In this document: piece by piece, positions 16,444 through 20,000 of the stretch | Numbering within the stretch: position 1 is the first letter of the stretch | How the letters are laid out: each line of letters begins with the position of its first letter | Virus record (IMG/VR): IMGVR_UViG_3300036546_000271 | Strand: one strand, 5' to 3' | Source of the DNA: an uncultured virus (IMG/VR IMGVR_UViG_3300036546_000271) | Lineage: Duplodnaviria > Heunggongvirae > Uroviricota > Caudoviricetes | Length of the DNA stretch: 20,000 nucleotides | Notes under the pieces: generated by a model | Databases searched by the model: none | Seen by the model: the letters and a program-made list of their open reading frames with translations, nothing else | Told to the model about the DNA's origin: nothing | Made by a program: the position numbers and the translations under genes

Positions 16444-17217
16444 ATGGCGAATAATGATATTTTAAACAAACCAGTAGTTTATGAGGTGAATGGTCAAGAA
16501 GTAAAGCTTACAGGTAAAATGGTTAAAAATTATCTTACTAGAGGAAATGACGATGTGAGCGAACAGGAAATAGTAATGTTCATAAATCTTTGTAGGTACC
16601 AAAAACTTAACCCATTCCTTAACGAGGCATACTTAGTTAAATTTAAAGGAGCACCGGCACAACTAATCACTAGTAAAGAGGCATACATGAAAAGAGCCTT
16701 CGAGCATCCGAAGTTTGATGGAATAAGAGCTGGAATTATAGTTCAGAGAGGAGAAGAAACGCTGGAACTGGAAGGGAGCTTTAGCTTGCCAGGAGATATA
16801 TTACTAGGTGGTTGGGCAGAGGTATATGTGAAAGACAAAAAATATCCATACGTAACTAAGATAAATCTAGAAGAATTTAACAAAGGACAAGCTACATGGA
16901 AAAACATGCCCAAAACAATGATAAGAAAAACAGCATTAGTACAAGCATTAAGAGAAGCTTTTCCGGATAACTTAGGAGCAATGTACACAGAAGAAGAACA
17001 AGCAGTGGTAAGAGAGGTGAGTGAAACAGAAGTAGAAGTAGCAGAAGAAATAGAAGCAAATGCCAATAAGGAGATTATCGATATACCAGATGAAGAAATA
17101 ACAGAAGTAAAACCAGAGAATCAACAACAAAGACAAAAACAAGGAGCTAAGCCCAAAGGGCAACGACCAGAAAAACAGCAAACACTAGATGATTTATACG
17201 AAGGACCAGGGTTTTAA
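16444..17217 (+). CDS. bet: Single-strand annealing recombinase Bet/RecT
   Basis: 'FINLCRYQKLNPFLNEAYLVKF', 'GGWAEVY', 'WKNMPKTMIRKTALVQALREAFP'. Confidence 0.9.
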   Translation: MANNDILNKPVVYEVNGQEVKLTGKMVKNYLTRGNDDVSEQEIVMFINLCRYQKLNPFLNEAYLVKFKGAPAQLITSKEAYMKRAFEHPKFDGIRAGIIVQRGEETLELEGSFSLPGDILLGGWAEVYVKDKKYPYVTKINLEEFNKGQATWKNMPKTMIRKTALVQALREAFPDNLGAMYTEEEQAVVREVSETEVEVAEEIEANANKEIIDIPDEEITEVKPENQQQRQKQGAKPKGQRPEKQQTLDDLYEGPGF

Positions 17218-17957
17218 TGAGACTAAAAATATTAGCAAGCGGTAGCAGCGGAAACTGCTACCTGCTTGAAAACCAATATGAAACACTGATTCTGGAGGCT
17301 GGGATAACATTCAAGAAAATACAGGAAGGGATAAATTACAAAACAGGAAAAGTAGCAGGTTGTCTGGTTACCCACGAGCACAATGATCACAGCAAAAGCG
17401 TAGAGCAGTTAATCAAAAACAGCATAGATGTTTATACAAGCAAAGGAACGATAGATGCACTAGGATTAAAAGAAAATTATCGATTAAAAACTATAAGAGC
17501 ACAAAAAAAAATAAGTGTAGGAGGATTTACAATACTCCCATTCGAAACACAACACGATGCAGCTGAGCCTCTAGGATTTCTAATCCATCACAAAGATATG
17601 GGAAAGCTGCTTTTTATAACGGACTCATACTACTGCAAATATAAATTTAAAGGGCTGGACCATATCATGGTAGAGTGCAACTACAAAAAAGAAATTTTAA
17701 ACCAAAACATAGAGGCTGGAATAATACCAGAATGGTTAAGAAAAAGAATAACAAAATCACACTTCGAACTGGAAAATGTAAAAGATTTTTTAAAAAGCAG
17801 CGACTTAAGCAGAACTAAAAATATAATACTAATACATTTAAGCAGTCAAAACAGCAATGAGAATCTATTTAAAACATATATAGAAAAGTCAACAGGAAGA
17901 CCAGTATATGTAGCCAAGAAAGGACTAGAGATAGACATAAGCAAGCAAGTGTTTTAG
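17217..17957 (+). CDS. MBL-fold metallo-hydrolase (probable exonuclease partner of Bet)
   Basis: 'LASGSSGNCY', 'THEHNDH', 'HDAAEP', 'TDS', 'ECNY', 'LIHLS'. Confidence 0.9.
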   Translation: MRLKILASGSSGNCYLLENQYETLILEAGITFKKIQEGINYKTGKVAGCLVTHEHNDHSKSVEQLIKNSIDVYTSKGTIDALGLKENYRLKTIRAQKKISVGGFTILPFETQHDAAEPLGFLIHHKDMGKLLFITDSYYCKYKFKGLDHIMVECNYKKEILNQNIEAGIIPEWLRKRITKSHFELENVKDFLKSSDLSRTKNIILIHLSSQNSNENLFKTYIEKSTGRPVYVAKKGLEIDISKQVF

Positions 17958-17970
17958 GGGGTCAACATAA

Positions 17971-18747
17971 ATGAGAGATGAAATGGAAAATCTTGATATA
18001 ACCATACAAATAAAAATGTTCTACGAATGGCTTGAAAACAATAAGCTGTCGGCTACAGAGATATCCTTATGGCATGCTCTACTTCATATAGGAAATGAAG
18101 TAGGATGGCCAAAAACGCTGTCAGTACCTATATCCAAGTTGTCAAAAATGACTGGGATGAAAAAAGACGCTATATATACAGCAAGAGACAATTTAGAAAA
18201 GTCCGGAAGAATAGAAATAATTCCAGGAAAGGGTAGTAAGGCAGCACAATACAGAATTATACCATTTATCGAAGATTATTACACTAAAACTCCAGATATA
18301 GAAGATGTCTCTCAAGAAGATATACATACAACGGAAGATGATAGCTCTGTTACTGACCCCCCAACAGAACTTCATGATAAAAGACCACAAATTAAAATCT
18401 TTAGAAAAATGCAAGATTTAATAATGATGCCAAGTCCAAATGATATACACCAAATAAAAAGCTATTTAAATGAAGGCATGGAAGATCAGCTTCTATGTGA
18501 GAGCATAAAAATATCAGAAGGTAAACTTCCAAACAAAAAACCTATGGACAAATGGAAATATGCCAAAGGCATAATGCGGACTTGGTACAACAACGGAATA
18601 AGGACGTTCGAGGAATATCAAAAACATGAAAAGGAAAGGGAGGCTCAAATAAATGGAGGCAATAAGGAACGTAATAAGTATGTACAACCCAAAGCAGAGC
18701 CAAGACAAAAAACAAACGGAATGCGAAAATTCCGAGTCCCAAAATAG
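17971..18747 (+). CDS. Phage replication initiator (N-terminal wHTH, C-terminal DnaD-like domain)
   Basis: 'FYEWLENNKLSATEISLWHALLHI' N-terminus and 'WKYAKGIMRTWYNNGIRT' DnaD-like motif. Upstream of the helicase loader. Confidence 0.8.
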   Translation: MRDEMENLDITIQIKMFYEWLENNKLSATEISLWHALLHIGNEVGWPKTLSVPISKLSKMTGMKKDAIYTARDNLEKSGRIEIIPGKGSKAAQYRIIPFIEDYYTKTPDIEDVSQEDIHTTEDDSSVTDPPTELHDKRPQIKIFRKMQDLIMMPSPNDIHQIKSYLNEGMEDQLLCESIKISEGKLPNKKPMDKWKYAKGIMRTWYNNGIRTFEEYQKHEKEREAQINGGNKERNKYVQPKAEPRQKTNGMRKFRVPK

Positions 18748-19621
18748 AGATAATTTCATATTCACATCCAAAGAGATATACAAAAGAGGTTATAGTTTCG
18801 GATTAGAACCAGAAAAACCGGTAAGATGCAATTTTTGCGGTAAAGAGCTGTACCCAAGAGGTGTAGTCAATCCAATAACAAACAGAGTTATAACCTGGCT
18901 TAGTCATGAGAGGTGTAATTGTAAAAAAGCAAAGGAATATTGGGTCAAATATGATAGAAAAGAGCAGCAAATAAAAGAACGACAGAAAAGAGAAGAAGAG
19001 AATAGAAAGAAAAAAGAGAAGATAGAAAAACTACTTGGAAGCAGTAGGATTAAAAAGCGATTTCAAAACAGAACCTTCAAGACTTTTAAGATAGACGATG
19101 CCAACAAAGAGGCTTATAACAACTCAAAGCTTTATGCAGAAAACTTTCAGAAATTCAAAGAGACTGGAGAAGGAATTTACTACTCTGGAACATTTGGGAC
19201 GGGCAAAACACATTTAGCTGTTGCTATAGCATTGGATTTGATAAAAAAAGGTGTGCCGGTTATATGTATGACAGCAATAGATTTATTAGCTGAAATAAGA
19301 AAAACCTATGATAGCGACAGAAGCGTAAGCGAGTATCAAATACTTAAAGCATATAAAGAAGTAGACCTCCTAGTAATAGATGACCTGGGCAAAGAATACT
19401 GTAGTGATTGGGCGATTTCAATGCTATATGACATTATCAATGACAGATACGAAAGGTGCCTGCCTGTAATAGTGACTACAAATTACAATGACGAGGATTT
19501 GATTGATAGACTAGCAAGGAAAAGCAACTATGAAACTGCAGGAGCTATAGTGAGCAGACTTCACGAAATGACAATGGGCATAAACATGAACGGAAAAGAT
19601 AGAAGAAAAGAAACTTTTTAA
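18653..19621 (+). CDS. DnaC/IstB-like helicase loader ATPase
   Basis: Zn motif 'CNFC...CNC', Walker A 'GTFGTGKTHLA', Walker B 'LLVIDDLGKE', 'IVTTN', 'SRLHEM'. Confidence 0.92.
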   Translation: MEAIRNVISMYNPKQSQDKKQTECENSESQNRDNFIFTSKEIYKRGYSFGLEPEKPVRCNFCGKELYPRGVVNPITNRVITWLSHERCNCKKAKEYWVKYDRKEQQIKERQKREEENRKKKEKIEKLLGSSRIKKRFQNRTFKTFKIDDANKEAYNNSKLYAENFQKFKETGEGIYYSGTFGTGKTHLAVAIALDLIKKGVPVICMTAIDLLAEIRKTYDSDRSVSEYQILKAYKEVDLLVIDDLGKEYCSDWAISMLYDIINDRYERCLPVIVTTNYNDEDLIDRLARKSNYETAGAIVSRLHEMTMGINMNGKDRRKETF

Positions 19622-19648
19622 CACTTTGAAAGCGAAGGAGGGTCATGA

Positions 19649-19879
19649 ATGAAAAACACACTTGGGGATTTAAACAACCATTTATTCGCTCAACTAGAGA
19701 GACTGAGCGATGAAGACATAAAAGGCGACGACTTGAAGGAAGAAATCGAAAGAGCAAAAGCAGTTACACAAATCGCTACAAAGATAATAGAAAACGGAAG
19801 TTTAGTATTGCAGGCAAAAAGATTGCATGACAACCGAATGGATGCCGATCTAAAACTACCTAAGATGTTGGAGGGTTAA
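19649..19879 (+). CDS. Conserved phage hypothetical protein
   Basis: 'MKNTLGDLNNHLFAQLERL...EEIERAKAV' is a recurrent phage protein type. AGGAGG RBS. Confidence 0.75.
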   Translation: MKNTLGDLNNHLFAQLERLSDEDIKGDDLKEEIERAKAVTQIATKIIENGSLVLQAKRLHDNRMDADLKLPKMLEG

Positions 19880-19881
19880 AG

Positions 19882-20000
19882 ATGCATTTTTACAGCAATA
19901 TAGAAATAGAGTTCTTGAAAAAAATTTCTCCTGGAAAAACAAACAAAGAGATAACAAAATTATTCAATAAAAAATTCAATCTCAATCTAAGCGAAAAAGC
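19882..20000 (+). CDS. Partial ORF, possibly N-terminus of an HNH endonuclease-family protein
   Basis: MHFYSNIEIEFLKKISPGKTNKEITKLFNKKF..., open to the window end, GGAGG RBS. Product inferred from the usual pairing with the upstream gene. Confidence 0.45.
   Translation, partial: MHFYSNIEIEFLKKISPGKTNKEITKLFNKKFNLNLSEK

Noticed and set aside
18271..18342. GAAGAT repeats in the initiator linker as iterons
   Set aside because: Only 6 bp, irregularly spaced, and explained by Glu-Asp codons in an acidic linker.
256..19757. Numerous antisense/overlapping ORFs in the track (e.g. 8649-9254, 14476-14838, 5555-5845)
   Set aside because: Shadows of well-supported genes on the opposite strand, with no RBS or recognisable motifs.
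1..20000. Second DGR target (additional VR)
   Set aside because: No further TR-like copy was seen by eye in this window. One may exist elsewhere in the genome.

Overview
The window is part of a low-GC temperate Firmicutes (probably Clostridia-type) phage with a contractile-tail, PBSX/XkdQ-U-like baseplate. Gene order: baseplate and tail genes (1-4666), a complete diversity-generating retroelement (DGR; target gene with VR, hairpin, avd, TR, RT; 4679-7612), a lysis cassette (7627-9192), an attachment-site region, a large serine integrase, a membrane protein, a 7-copy iteron-like array, a CI/Cro switch, and early recombination/replication genes. Three things stand out. (1) The DGR VR differs from TR at 14 positions, all TR adenines. 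(2) The junction between lysis genes and integrase looks like an intact attP. It sits inside a phage-borne copy of the 5' end of miaB (TFGCQMN motif) with its own promoter and RBS, so integration would rebuild the host tRNA-modification gene under phage-supplied signals. (3) A helically phased repeat array next to an AT-rich tract resembles an origin that lies apart from the initiator gene. Family assignments come from motif recognition and synteny, not from database searches.
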